Counted from the first letter of the stretch, positions 12,960-26,089 are shown. The stretch: 64,000 nucleotides of DNA from Dendrobates tinctorius (GCF_039654945.1 NW_027361761.1:22134001-22198000), one strand, 5' to 3'. The notes: generated by a model from the letters alone, not told the origin. Made by a program: numbers and translations.

Positions 12960-13409
12960 ATAGGCCAGGCTAAAGAGGTGTGTTTTTAGAGCATGTTTTA
13001 AACTCTACAGACTGTAATGCTGCTCTACCCCAGACAATTTGGTTAATTCCATGAAAACTGGCATGGCTCGAAAGAATTCTTGAAGATGGAGAAGTGAAAA
13101 TCGGCTTACAGAGGAGGTTAGTCTTAGATAATAAGGGAAACTCAGAACACAACTAGGGTGGTGGACAGAGCTGAGGAAAGAGATGTAGAGTGGAGCACTT
13201 TGTGGGTGAAAGTGAAGAGATATTTTATTCTGTAGAATGGTAACCAGAGCAATGACTGGCACAGGATGGAGGCATCGGTGTAGAGGCTGGACAGAAATAG
13301 GACCATGGCTTCTGCACTGACAATAGATTGCAGAGGGGAGAGTTTAGTAAGAGGGAGACATTAGAAGAGAATTGCAGTAGTCCAGACAAGAATGAATCAC
13401 AGCAACAGA
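12960..13409 (-). mobile_element. Degenerate L2-clade LINE, 3' fragment split off by the DIRS insertion
   Basis: Decayed ORF2 C-terminal and 3' sequence that continues at 18649. Confidence 0.6.
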
Positions 13410-13710
13410 AAAGTATTAAGTTACGTACCGGTAACGGTATTTTTCGGAAGCCCATGACAGCACCACGAGAGAGGGGATCCGCCCTTCGGGAACAGGAAAC
13501 CTACAGATACAAAAAGGGCGGCACCTCTCCCATGCATCAGTTGGATTACAAAGCTTGAGAGGCTACCATGGTTAGTACACCGCATATACACAATATATAC
13601 AACCTATCCTATTTACAATTTTTTAAAACCATCTCCCACATAAGGTGAACTCGCGAAAACAATCCTCTAAAGGGGTGCACCCTTATATGTGAACAAGGGA
13701 GGGAACTAAG

Positions 13711-13797
13711 GGTGCTGTCATGGGCTTCCAAAAAATACCGTTACCGGTACGTAACTTAATACTTTATTCGGACTCCCATGACAGCACCACGAGAGAA
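13711..13797. other. DIRS internal complementary region (ICR)
   Basis: GGTGCTGTCATGGGCTTCC...CGTAACTTAATAC-TTT-ATTCGGACTCCCATGACAGCACCACGAGAG is the complement of the two outer termini joined across TTT. Confidence 0.9.
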
Positions 13798-13817
13798 TTA
13801 CAGAGATGTAAACTAAT

Positions 13818-14851
13818 TTAGGGAGGGACTACAGCCTGCAGCACCCTTAGCCCGAAGGTGAGATCTGAGGAGGCACCCATGTCTAACCGATAGTGGTTAA
13901 AAAAGGTGGAAGGAGATGACCAGGTGGCCGCCTTACATATGTGGTCAATTGATACTCCCGATCTCTCTGCCCAGGATGATGCCATGGCACGAGTGGAATG
14001 CGCCCTCAGGTTCTGTGGAGCCGGACCGCCACCTGCTGTGTAGGCAAGAGAGATAGCCTCCCTAATCCACCTTGCTAACGTGCGCTTTGATACTCTACAC
14101 CCTTTCCTGGGACCTTGGAAGGATAAAAATAATGCGTTCTCCTTCCTGCAAGGATCCGTGGCTGCTAAATATTTAAGTAGGCATCTCTTAACATCTAGAG
14201 CCTGAAGTTTTTGTTCTTTAGGATTGGTTGGATTAGGGGGAAGGAAGGCAGAACTATTTCTTGTGTCTTATGAAAATGAGATGCTACCTTGGGAAGGTAT
14301 GCCGGGTCTGGCCTTAGGATTACTCTATCCTGCAAGAATTCTGTGTAAGGGGGCAATCTGGAAAGTGCCTGTATGTCGCCTATTCTACGTGCAGATGTTA
14401 TTGCTACCAAAAAGGCTGTCTTAAGTGATATCATTTTTAGTGAAGCAGAATCCAGAGGTTCAAACGTTTTTTCTGTCATGGCTGTCAGGACTAAATTTAA
14501 GTCCCAAGGTATACACCTATCTTTGAGTATGGGTCTCGATCTAGTAACTGCCTTAATGAATCTCGCCACCCAATGGTTACCGGCAATGTCGCATGCAAAT
14601 AGGGCCCCTAAAGCTGAAACCTGTACTTTCAATGTACTAGTGGAAAGGCCCAACTCGAAACCCCTCTGGAGGAATTCTAGAATCTGTTTTACCGGTATTC
14701 CATCCCTGATATTAAACTCAAAGGTGCACAGGAATCGCCTCCAGGTTCTAGCATAGATACCTGTGGTGGTTTGTTTCCTACTTTTTAGGAGTGTATCGAT
14801 TACATTTTTTGAGAAACTTCTATCCCTCAATAGTGTCCTCTCAAACACCAT
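13818..14851 (-). pseudogene. DIRS tyrosine recombinase, frameshifted near 14200-14240
   Basis: TSARRIGD (R), RAHSTR (HxxR), KAATWSS and FFNHYRLD (Y); C-terminal part translated by hand. Confidence 0.88.
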
Positions 14852-16668
14852 GCCAGTCCCGCTACTTGTGGGTGGTTGACTGGCCCCTGGTAGAGGAGAT
14901 CTGGAAGGTTCGGCAGTACCCACGGATCTCTTACTGACATGGTCCTCAACCATGCAAACCAGGTCCTTCTGGGCCAGAAGGGGGCAATCAATATGACTCT
15001 TACCCCGTCTTCCCTGATCTTCCTCACTACCAGAGGTAGAAGGTTCAAAGGTGGTAAAGCATAAGCAAGCGAGAAGTCCCATTTTATTAGGAGGGCGTCC
15101 ACGGCCAGTGGATTTTCCCTGGGATTTAGGGAACAGAAAGGTTTTTCCTTCCTGTTTTCTTTGGTGGAATTTGCGGACAATCTGGTTGTAGATGTCTGAG
15201 TTTAAAGCCCATTCTCCCTGCTTTAGGGCCCTGCGGCTTAGAAAGTCTGCCTTCATGTTGTCTTTTCCGCTGATGTGGAGCGCGGTTAAAGATAGAAAAC
15301 TTTTCTCTGCTATGTGAAGGAGACGTTCCGTTATCCGCATCAGGGCGTTGGAGCAGGTTCCACATTGGTGGTTGACATAGGCTACCGCTACCTGGTTGTC
15401 TGAGAGTATCCTCACATGATGGCCCTGTAGATACATAATGAGTTTTTTAACGGCCAATTCAATCGCCAGCAGCTCCCTCTGGTTAGATGAGGTCTCAGCA
15501 TCGGAGTCCCACTGTCCCTGTACCACTATGTCCCCCATATGGGCGCCCCAACCCCAAGGACTAGCGTCTGTGGTTATTACGCGGGTTATCTGCATCACCC
15601 AGGGCACCCCCGAGGCTAAATTTCCGACATCGAGCCACCACCTAAGAGATGTAATAGTTGAGGGGTTTAGCAATACTTGACCCTGCAAGAAGCCCTCTAA
15701 GGTTCTGCTATTAACCAGGACGTCTTTCTGAAGGGCCCTAGTGTGGAATTGTGCCCACTTGACCGCTGGGATACATGAGGATAGGGAACCTAACAGGGAC
15801 ATGGCCTGCCTCAGGGTCATGGAGGGTCTATCGATTGCCCGAAGAACCTGCTGCTGTATCTGCTGTAATTTATCTAATGGTAACAGACACTGCTGAGTTT
15901 CTGAATTTAACAGCAAGCCTAGAAACTTCTGGACCTTTAAGGGCTGAAATCGGGATTTCTCGTAATTTATTATCCATCCGAGGTTCTCTAATCTGGACTT
16001 AGCTTTTTCTATCTGAGACAATGGTCCACTGAATTTCCCACAATCAAAAAATCATCTAAGTATGGGATAATTAAGATGTCAACTTCCCGTAAATGAGCCA
16101 TAACTTCGGCCACTATTTTTGTTAATACCCGGGGCGCTGCTGAGAGACCAAAGGGAAGGGCTCTATATTGATAATGACGGATTATACCGTCTATTGATAC
16201 CGCCACTCTCAGGAACTGCTGGAAATCTGCGTGGATGGGCACATGATAGTATGCGTCTTTCAAGTCCACGACCGCCATAAAACACCCTTCAAACAGCATC
16301 TTTATTGCAGAATTAATGGACTGCATTTTAAAGGTGCGTTTAACCAAAAATTCATTAAGGAAACGTAAATTAATAATTGTTCTGAATGTTTTATCCGGTT
16401 TTTGGATTAGGAATAAGGGAGAGTAGAACCCTCTTCCTCTCTCAGATTCTGGAACCTCTATCAGAACGTTTTTCAGGCACAGGTTCAAGACCTCTGCTTC
16501 TAAAGCCGCTTGCTCGAGGGGTGAAGACCTTAAGGGTGTTGGTTTAAAGGTATCCCGTGGGACTTGAGTGAACTCCAACCTGAGTCCGGTGGATATCACA
16601 TTCCGCACCCAGTCACTATTGGTGACCTGTAGCCATGCTGGGAGGAAGGATGACAGTCTACCCCCCAC
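14827..16668 (-). pseudogene. DIRS RT / RNase H / adenine-methyltransferase-like ORF, frameshifted
   Basis: DLKDAYYH, LPFGL, PYLDD (RT); TTDASPWGWGA, NQRELLA, ILSDN (RNase H); AYALPP...LIAPFWPRRTWF (MT-like). Confidence 0.9.
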
Positions 16669-16676
16669 GGGAATTG

Positions 16677-17878
16677 CTAGTCATTGGTTCTTTTTCGCTC
16701 TCTCGACGAGCGTCTGAACATAAAGCCCGTACCTCTTCTCCTTCTATCCTCCCATCTGGGACGGTCTCTATTAGGTGAAGGGTTACGCCTTCTCCCTTGA
16801 CCGAATCTTCTATTAAACGGACGTCGGTAAGATGCGGACCAAAGATTTGGGAATTTTTTCTTATCATCCCCGGTCTTCTCCAGCAGTTCGTCCAGGACTG
16901 CTCCGAATAAATATTCCCCCTCACACGGGATAGTACAGAGTTTCGCCCTGGACTGAATATCTCCCGGCCAGCACTTTAGCCACAGGGCTCTCCGAGCCGC
17001 ATTAGAGAGTCCTGCTGCCCTGGTGGCCATTCTGACTGCATCAGCCGAGGCATCTGCTAGGAAGGCTGCGCCATCCTGGATTATTGGTAGGGCCCCAAGG
17101 ATTGCCTGTCTAAATGTTCCTTGTTTTAACTGCGACTCTAACTGGTCCAACCAGACCATCATGGAACTGGCCGTGCGAGTTGATGCTACTGCTGGTCTTA
17201 AGGAACCGGCTGCCATCTCCCAGGTATTCTTAAGGAAAGTATCTGCCTTCCTGTCTAGAGGATCTTTAAGGGACCCCATGTCCTCAAAGGGTAGTGAGGA
17301 TCTTTTCGATGCTTTCGCAATAGCTGCATCTAATTTGGGGGCCTTGTTCCAAGTACTCATTGCTGAATCGTCAAAGGGATATCTCCGCTTGAGGGCTGGT
17401 GGTAGCGACCCTCTTTTATCTGGCTTTTTCCACTCTCTGCGGATGAGATCCTGAATCTTTTCGTCTAGTGGGAAGACTCTACGCTTCCTCTGCTCCAGCC
17501 ACCTCCATTGTCCCTCTGACTGCTTTTACTAACTTGTCTACTCAGTCAAGCGGCAGGCAAAACCGACCAGAGTCCTCTTCTTCTGAGGAGGACGAGGGAA
17601 ATGAAATATGGGAGTCCTTACTTCTCCTCCACTCTGTCGAGGAATCCGACTCCACCGGGTCCTCACCCCTTAAACTTTCTGGTTGGGACAGGGATTTTTA
17701 GGGTTTCCTTCATCTCTGCCCTTACTATATCCCTTAAAAACGCCGCTACTGCGGGCAACTCCTCCGCCACTATCTGCTGGATACAGGGGGGACACAACTT
17801 TTTGGGGCATGAGTCTGGTAACGGGCATGCACAGAGTGCGCATTCCCTGTGCTAGGTTTTAGTCGTAGCTTTCTTCCT
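16677..17878 (-). pseudogene. DIRS ORF1 (gag-like) with an N-terminal CxxC...CxxC motif, disrupted
   Basis: ECALCACPLPDSCPKKLCPPC; PKLDAAIA..LKDPLDRKAD..ARRALWLKCW..GEYLFG, typical of vertebrate DIRS ORF1. Confidence 0.8.
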
Positions 17879-18648
17879 CTAGAATAAAACACAGAAGGAG
17901 GCCCTGTCACTGAGTGAACATTCACGAAGATCACTTACCAGTGCCACAATCAAGTACCGGAGAATGAGGGGGATTTTTCTCAGTCGATGCTCCTGTCCGC
18001 CTAGAGGAGCCTTTATGACTGGACTGGTCACTTCATCCCAGACGCTCCTTACTGTCACGGGCCTCTTTCTTCTTCTGTTTGACCTGCCTAAGGTCATCCA
18101 GGGGCGGCAGTGAAGATTCCCCGCGCCTGCGCAGTGGCGCCGCCGACCCGGAAAAGCCCCAGGCTCCGCCCCCTGACGTCACCGGGACTCCGACGTGACC
18201 GGAAGTCACGCGGGACGCTCAGGCGCTCAACTATGGAGCGCTCCCCGGCCCCAGCACCCTGCGCTGGGCCCCCCCAACCTCCGCAATCGCGCCGCCGGAG
18301 CTGGGAGCCCCCAGGGGGCATACTTACCGGCGGCGGCTTCCACTCCTGGAGACAGACCTCCTCCGGACGCCGCTCCCTGCTGTATCCACCACCGCCGTGC
18401 CACCCATCCTGGGCCACCGTGGCGTCCTCCAGGAGCTCCGCACCAGGCCGAGGTAGGAGACCCCCTCGCTACCTGTACCGGCCGGCCGGCCTGGGATCCG
18501 GTATATCATCTGTAGGATCCCGTCCCCTCAGGAACAGGAAACCAACTTGATGCGTGGGAGAGGTGCCGCCCTTTTTGTATCTGTAGGTTTCCTGTTCCCG
18601 AAGGGCGGATCCCCTCTCTCGTGGTGCAGTCATGGGAGTCCGAATAAA

Positions 18649-19495
18649 CAGTTTTTGCAGAGTCAAAGGTAAGAAAAGGTTGTATTCTGGAGAGATGTTT
18701 GACGTGCAGGTGACATGAGCGGATGCAGAGAGTGAAGGAAAGATCTGTCAAATATAACTTAAAGACAGTGGGTGTGATGCTTTGGAGTTATGGTAGACCC
18801 ACACACGGAAATAGCTGCAATCGGGTTTAGACTGATTAGTAGGCGGAAACACAAGGAGTTCAGTATTGGAAAGATTCAGTCTGATATAGAGGGAGAACAT
18901 GATGTTACAGACAGCAATCACTTGTATTTTGCAGTAATTTTGTAATAATGCAGGTGTGATGTCAGGAGATGATGTGTATAATTGGATGTCATTAGCAAAG
19001 AGATAGTACTGAAAACTAAATCTACTGTGGGTTTGCCCAAGAGGGGCAGTGTATAAGAAGAGGAGGGGGACTAGGACTGAACCCTGAGGAACCCCAACAG
19101 TAAGGGGAAGAGGAGAGAAAGAGCCAGGAAAATATACAGTGAAGAAGAGGTCAGAGAGGTGGGAGGAGAACCAAGAACCAGGAAGGATCCTTGAGACCGA
19201 TAGAGCAGAGCAAAGTGAGGAGGAGCTGGTGATCCACAATGTCGAATGCTGCAGAGAGATCTAGAATTTGCAGGGAGTAGTGGTCATTAGATTTTGCGGT
19301 TAGATCATGAGAGACTTCAGTGAGGGATCTTTCTGTAGAAAGAAGTGGAAACCCGATTGTAAAGGGTCAAGAAGAGAGTTATCTAAGAGATAGCTGATTA
19401 GAGAGTAAACCGAGCATTCAAGGAGTTTAGCGATAAAGGCGAGATTAGAGACAGGTCTGCAGTTAGTGGCGCAGTTCTGGATGTCTTATTTTAGT
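18649..19495 (-). mobile_element. Degenerate L2-clade LINE, RT fragment
   Basis: [36 protein letters not shown] in ORF 18748-19239. Confidence 0.8.
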
Positions 19496-20281
19496 AAAGA
19501 CAGTGGCATAGCTACCAGAGAGGCAGAGGGAGCAGTTGCCCCAGAGCCCCGAGCTCAGAGGGTAGCACACATAGTTAAGTTGTGAAATTCAATACAAAAG
19601 AAGCGACCGGGTGACCCCTGGGAATCCTCGGACCATGTACGTGTACTATATAAATTGATGAGTGTCTTTGAATAATATTTGGTTAGGCATATGCACTTTA
19701 ATCGTGGTTAGTCTATTTAGACTGATAATTACGCTCACCCACAGCATTCAGAATAACAATGATTAAGTCATAAATTTAGCACATGCACTTTATTAGTTTG
19801 CAGCATTTCTCTTATTCTAGAGTGATGCGCACACCTTTTCTTTTTGCATAGACTTTTTTACAAGATTATATATTCTTACCGTCATTCTGGTGGCTTGCTC
19901 CACACCCAGCTTTTGATTCCCAGAGTGCTGATTAAGATTCCTCTTTCTATCTACCTTCTATACTTCTATTATTAAAGTATATTTTTTGTTTATATTATTG
20001 TGCAATACATTATCAATAAAACAATGCTTCTTTTTCACACTGATGAAGTCAGCACTCCATTTTTTCCTCAATTATATACTTAACTGGAGTTTCTTCTCTA
20101 ATAGTATCCATGATAATTAGACTTAAGAGGATTATGATTCTCTCATTACTATTTATTCGCCTAATTATTTGTTTTGTTGTGATCAGCTTGGGGACTAATG
20201 CAGGGGCCATTATACAGTGTGGGAGCTAATGCGGGGGGCCATTATACAGCTTTGGGAGTAATGCAGGGGGCCATTATACAG

Positions 20282-22265
20282 TGTAAGACAGCGCTTACTG
20301 AGTGTGTTGGAGGACACTCACTTAGCAACGGAATGAAAGCACACAGGTACGCCGGACTTCTCACTGTCCAGTTGTCGTGGGTGACCACATGCCAAACAGT
20401 CCAGTAACCTCCATGGAATATAACACGCACCAACAGTCTATGGAGTTACCTTACAGGAGCTCCTGCTCCACACGCTTACTCCTTGGTCAGTCCTCACTCC
20501 TGGGAAAGTTGCCTCCCTGGGATCACTGTCTTTGCGACCAGGGCACTCCCGACAGTACAGACCCCCACAAGGGCGATAGCTTCCCCCACACAGTGCCTTC
20601 AGACTCTGCAACGGCCTTCAGGTTCAAGGCCTCTCCATGAGCTATTCATGAAGTTAGGACCTTCCAACAAACAGGCCTCATGGGACCTTACACACTGACC
20701 ACTCAGGTCCATACACTCTCACCATGTGACCATACCTCAGTGGTGGGTGGTGTATGTGTGGTTAGTCTGTCCCGCCCAGCTCTCCGACTAACCCTATAAG
20801 CCCCCCTATTATAAACTAAGCGAAACTCATGGAACTACAAGTCCCAGCACAACATTATTTCGGGCTTACAGCGCAGAGGACCTCTGCAACACATACCGGC
20901 CATTTACAATCATGCTGGTCACTGTCTCACCATCATAATCACAGATACGCCTGTGACCTGTCACGATCCAGGTTGGATCTGACAGATTAAATGCACAAAG
21001 TAACCATTTTTTTTTTCATTTGACTGTGTGCCAAAGGTGGTTTTGCCCCCGGTGGCCATTAGGGTCATTGCACTGTGGTGATTTCAGTTGTAGCTTTCCC
21101 CCCAGTGGCCATTAGGGTCATTGCACTTTGGTTACCTTAGTTTGTGCACGTAATTATGTAACAGGTGTGGTAGCTCTATAAGAGAGTATCAGGTGTGTTA
21201 ATCACTGTTGGTGATAAGGTCTTCATTTGCAAGCAAGCCTGGGTGAAGGATGGAGCTAAAGGAGAGTCACGGGCAGCTCAGTGAGATTCCTGGAGTAGCA
21301 GCTATAGTGTCTGCAAGGAGGGCTGGCATGACATGGTGGAGTCGCAGCTATGGTGTCAGCAAGGAGTTTGTGCATGGATTGGAGTGGCAGCTATGGTGTA
21401 GAGCTGCACTCAAAATGCTGGACGTTATTGCTGAGAGATGGACTCAAGCATACTATACTTTTTGGCAGAAAAGCTGGACTCATTTGCGGGACTGTTTGCT
21501 CCAAGGCTGCACTATGGTGCTGAGAAGAGTCCAGGACAACAGTCAGAGTCCTGGAGTGGCAGCTATGGTGTCAGCGAGGAGTTCGTGGAAAGCTTGGTGG
21601 AGTGGCAGCTATGGTGTAAAGCTGCACTCCGTTGCTGGACTCTTTTGCTGAAGCTGCACTCAGGTGCTGAACCCTTTTGCTGGACAGTGCACCCAGATGT
21701 TGGACACGGTGGAGGAAAAGATGCACGCAGGTGGTGGGCTCTGTTGCTGGGAGCGTAGGCAACAGAGCAAAGCTAAGTGGTGTTCCCCTGTTTTGTCATT
21801 TTTCCTTATGTGTGTTTAGTGCAGTGGTGGGATTAGTTTCCGCACCAACCAATTCCCTAGTGAGGGTTTAGGTGCAGGGCGAGCTAGGGATATCAGGTAT
21901 CCAGATCGGCACCCGGTGCGGAACAGGCTTAGGGAACGGTAGGAGTGTAAAGACACTGACTCAGGGGAGTGCAGGAGGTCTCCACATCCCCGTTCCCTAT
22001 CGCAGGGCCACCATTGTTATTGTTACCCAGGTTTTCCCTATTCCCTTATCTTATTGTATTAGTTACCGGCCTGCGGGCCGCGTCACATACAACAGGACGC
22101 GGCACGTGTAATTGTCCTATCAGTTACCGGCCTGCTGGTCGTGTCACTCAGGACGGGGCACGTGACATGACCGCCATGCCGTCCTATGGCCTCAATACGC
22201 CTTTGTGCATATTCTGAGGAGCACATACAGCGCCCACTAGCTGTAACAGGGGTCACTGCCTCACA
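20282..22265. mobile_element. Solo LTR (outer), about 770 bp net
   Basis: TGTAAGA...TCACA termini; 4-bp TSD ACAG at 20278-20281 and 22266-22269. Confidence 0.7.
20959..22167. mobile_element. Solo LTR (inner, nested), 1209 bp
   Basis: Perfect TGTCACG...CGTGACA termini; 5-bp TSD TGACC at 20954-20958 and 22168-22172. Confidence 0.8.
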
Positions 22266-23829
22266 ACAGCTTGTGGATTAATGCAAGGGCCATTATACAG
22301 TTTGAGGACTAATGCAGGGGCCATTATACAGCTTGGGGACTACTGCAGGGGCCATTATACAGTGTGTGAGCTCCCTGCACTACTGCTCCACTTTCCTTAG
22401 ACCACAAGTTGCGTACGCCTGTGATCTACAAAGCGGCAGGTGATGCACTGGCACACCAAAGACAGGACTCCAGAGTCCTAACGCGGTTACATCATCGTGC
22501 CATTGCAGGAACCTGCCGTCTTGTGTGTGCGTCGGTGCTATGACAGCACATTGCCTTTCCAGTGGACTCGTCAAAATCCAAGATTAAGTGAGTATCTGAT
22601 TTTTTATTAAATCTTGTGTGATGTGGGGGCATCATAAGCAATTGGAGACCCTCATACTGTCTGGTGGTCCCTCATGCATTGGAAGGACTATTATGGGGGC
22701 CTGTATGCAGTGTGGGACTAATGCAGGGTTTTATACAGTGTTAGCGCTAATGTGGGTGCCACTATACAGTGTGGAGACTAATGCAAAGGCCATTATACAG
22801 CTAGGGGATTAATGCAGGGGCCATTATACAATGTGGGAGCTTGTGTGGGTGGTGCCATTATTGAGCTTAGGTGGCTAATATGGGGATCATTATACAACTT
22901 GGGGGATATTGTAAGGGTCATTATATAGCTAATGCTAAAAGTTATTATACAGCTTTGGAGTTAATTCAGGGGCCATTATACAGTGTTGAAGCTAATGTGG
23001 GGGCCATTATACTGTGTATAGGGGAGCTGTAGGCCCATCATACTCTTTATAGGTAGCTGTTGACCCATTATACTGTGTATAGGGGAGCCATGGGCCCATC
23101 ATAATGTGTATAGGGGAGCAGTGGGCTCATCATACTGTATACAGTGGAGCTGTGGGCCCACCATGCTGTACATAGGGGAGCTGTACATTGTGTGACTCAG
23201 GAGACATTAGATGTTAAGTGGGCACTTAAGCATTATTGTTATAGGGGAACCTCTGTGACCATCAAAGGTCCACCGGCGGCATTACTTTCTAGGGGCAAAA
23301 TGTGGACACTGTTTTCTAGGGCATTTGCACAGGGAATTAATATTTTTAGGGGGCAATTTTACCATGTAGAGGGCAGAGAGGAGGCATTATTACGATGTAA
23401 GGGGCACAGGGGTGGCTTTATTATGTGGGGCATTAAGAGGAGCCATTATAGTACCACACAGCAGGTGCAATAATAGGGACACATAAGGCAGCGGCTCAGT
23501 ATTGGGGTATCAGCAGGATAAGGAGTTTGTGCAGGTTGGGAAAAGATTGGGACAGTGCTGGAAACATTGAGAAGTTTGTTGTAAGGGCTACAGACGAGTC
23601 CTGGCTGGAAAAAAATGTTATATCATTCTGGGTGAGATGGAAAAGATGGGAAAAGTGAACGACTCCAATATAAAGAACATCAGCTGTAAGTCACTATCTC
23701 TTATATGGTCACCAGGACAGGTATTTACCACTGTATGTCACCATATAGCGGTAATATCAGTGTTGGTCTTTGTGTACAGATTTATGTTCAGTAACAGTGT
23801 GGTCATCTTCTGAGGTTCCCCTCTACCCT

Positions 23830-25280
23830 CAATTAGGGTGCGCCATCAAAGTTGTAACCGGTTAGGAGGAAGAAAAGATCAGATGAATGAGAGAGGTTAA
23901 ATATTTTAGTTAAGTTGATGGTGACAAGGATTGAAGGAGATGTGAGGAAATAGGATCCTTGGGTGAAAAGAAGCGAGAAGCCTGGTAGCCTCTTATTCCA
24001 TGACTGGTTCAAAGACCGAAGGTGAACTTGATGAAGTGCGGAGGGGGAAGGGGGATCAGTACCAGTAGGAGATTGGGAGATAATTTCCTATCGAATACGA
24101 TGACTTTTTTTTTTTTTTTTTTTTTTTTTTTCGAACTATGCGGCAAGGATGTCAGTGCCGAGATTGGCAGAAACTGCACTTTTAGACGGAGGAGGGAGTG
24201 AAACGTGTCAAAGAGTCATTTAGATTGTTGGATAGTGAGGTAATGAGGGAGCTGAAGTTGATTTTATTGCGAGATGAAGGGCACAGTTATTTGTTTTGCG
24301 CATAACCTTATACATCGATGACATCTTCAGCAGAAATATTTTCTCCACTGACGTTAGTAACACAGAGAATTGCTAGAGAAAAAGTTTCAGTGTCTGTGCT
24401 GGGGTGTTAAGCAAGTAGCGGGTGCAGCTTCATTAAAGGCATTTTCCAGTGTCTTATTGTAATGTACAAAAGTTAAGTCAGGACATGAGAGGGAAGAGAT
24501 TGGGGTCAATTATGACTGTACATTCTTCAAAAGTTACTGGGTATTGATGGCATGTAAATTTCTGTATGTATGGTACGTGGAGGAGTGTCCTGAGTGGGGA
24601 AATATAACAACTATTTACAAAGAAAGAAGGTTGTGGTCAGAGAGCGGGAGAAGAGAGTATTCCCATCTTCATTCATAGGATAATAAGCTGTGAAAGGCCT
24701 AGAGGAGGTCAGAGACAGAAGATGAGTGGCAAATATAGAGAGATCAGATGCTCAATGGGGAGATTAAAGTCTCCCATGATGAGAGTGGGAATATCAAAAG
24801 ATAAAAAAAAAAAAAAAGTGTGGAATTTAGGTGCCAAAGTGATCCGGGAACTGGTGAGACTTGGCGGAGGGCGGGACATCTGCCACTTGCAGGGAGAATG
24901 AGTGGAATAGTCTGACGATGTGGACCTCAAAGCAAGTGAAGATAAGTGAGGGTACTGGGGGGGGGGGGGTGGAGATGACCAGAAAAGCACAGATTCAATG
25001 AAAGACGCAGGCCATCGCCTCCACCATGTGTGTTCTCCATTCTAAGGCCGGGGTCAGACTTGCGAGAACCTTGCAGGAAAGGGGTTAATTTTACTGATGC
25101 AAGGAAGGCCAAAATTAGGGAAGATGTCTACTACAAATAAGAGGAGGATCGAAAGAGTGAGCAAATGGTCTATTGATACATGAGAGTGTTGCCAGTGTTA
25201 TATGGATCAGTGTTTTAAGAATAAGCATGTGAGCTGTTCATCGTAGAGGGGAGAAAGATACTGAAGATAAAGTTCCCACT
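23830..25280 (-). mobile_element. Degenerate L2-clade LINE, endonuclease fragment
   Basis: PTLIMGDFNLPI APE motif in ORF 24709-24990. Confidence 0.6.
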
Positions 25281-25287
25281 ATGTGTA

Positions 25288-25642
25288 AAGACCCCTTTAC
25301 ATTTAGCGATGCACCAGCGATCCGACCAGCAATCTGACCCGGTCAGGATTGCTGGTGCATCGCTAAATGATCGCTAGTGAGCTGTCACACAGGCATACCT
25401 CACAGCGATGCAGCAGCGACGCAGCGCACGATACTCACCTTTCACACACAGCGATCCTGACGTCCTCCCGCCTGCCTCCACACGTCGCTCGTCGGCGCCA
25501 GCAGGAAGCCCAGCAGGAATCGGACAACGAGAAATGGAACCGGACAGCGATGGACAGCGGGGGAGCCGGTCGGAGGTAAGTATCACACATAGCGATATCG
25601 CGTGACGTTATAGCGATATCGCTATGTGTAAAACCCCCTTAA
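25288..25642. mobile_element. Harbinger/Tourist-like MITE
   Basis: Inverted ends CCCCTTTACATTTAGCGAT / ATCGCTATGTGTAAAACCCC with TAA/TTA-type flanks. Confidence 0.5.
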
Positions 25643-26089
25643 GGGTGGTAGACTTGAAACAAAGCAGCAGAGAACAGCAAATAGATAAGAGATGGTGGTG
25701 GGACCCTCACTGATCATACAACTAATCACCTATTCTGTATGTACATAACTTTTAAAATGGAAATAACCCTAAAATGTGGAGCAGCTGAACAACATACAGC
25801 CTGTGTATAGTAAGCATATGTCACGGTTTGCAGAAAGGACGACACTCACTCCTCTTATACTTAAGCAACCTCATTATATGGAATCCCTCTATGGTGCAAT
25901 TACTGAATGCACTTTCACTGTCATTATGGGGCGTGTTCTATAGCTCGTGGCAAATATCTATTAGGTTAAATGCAAATTGACTCTTCAGAGAGAAAGAGGG
26001 TAGGACTCTAGTGAGACCTATTGGAAGTAGCAATCCTAAAAGTCAATGTCGACTCTTTAACGAGCCTTGTCACATAACTTAGGATAAAA

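Larger units (their letters stand above)
13410..18648 (-). mobile_element. DIRS1-type tyrosine-recombinase retrotransposon, structurally complete but with disrupted ORFs
   Basis: Inverted terminal repeats at ~13410-13545 and ~18542-18648; ICR at ~13711-13797; AAA at both ends and no TSD; gag, RT, RNase H, MT and YR in the expected order. Confidence 0.95.
19501..23800. mobile_element. hAT-like non-autonomous element with an internal ~35-bp GGGGCCATTATACAG tandem array, interrupted by nested LTRs; right end uncertain
   Basis: CAGTGGCATAGCTA start; the array at 20190-20281 resumes at 22266-23180. Confidence 0.4.

Noticed and set aside
14195-16021. 608-aa RNase H-recombinase fusion protein
   Set aside because: Most simply explained by a deletion/frameshift in the DIRS MT region that joins normally overlapping frames
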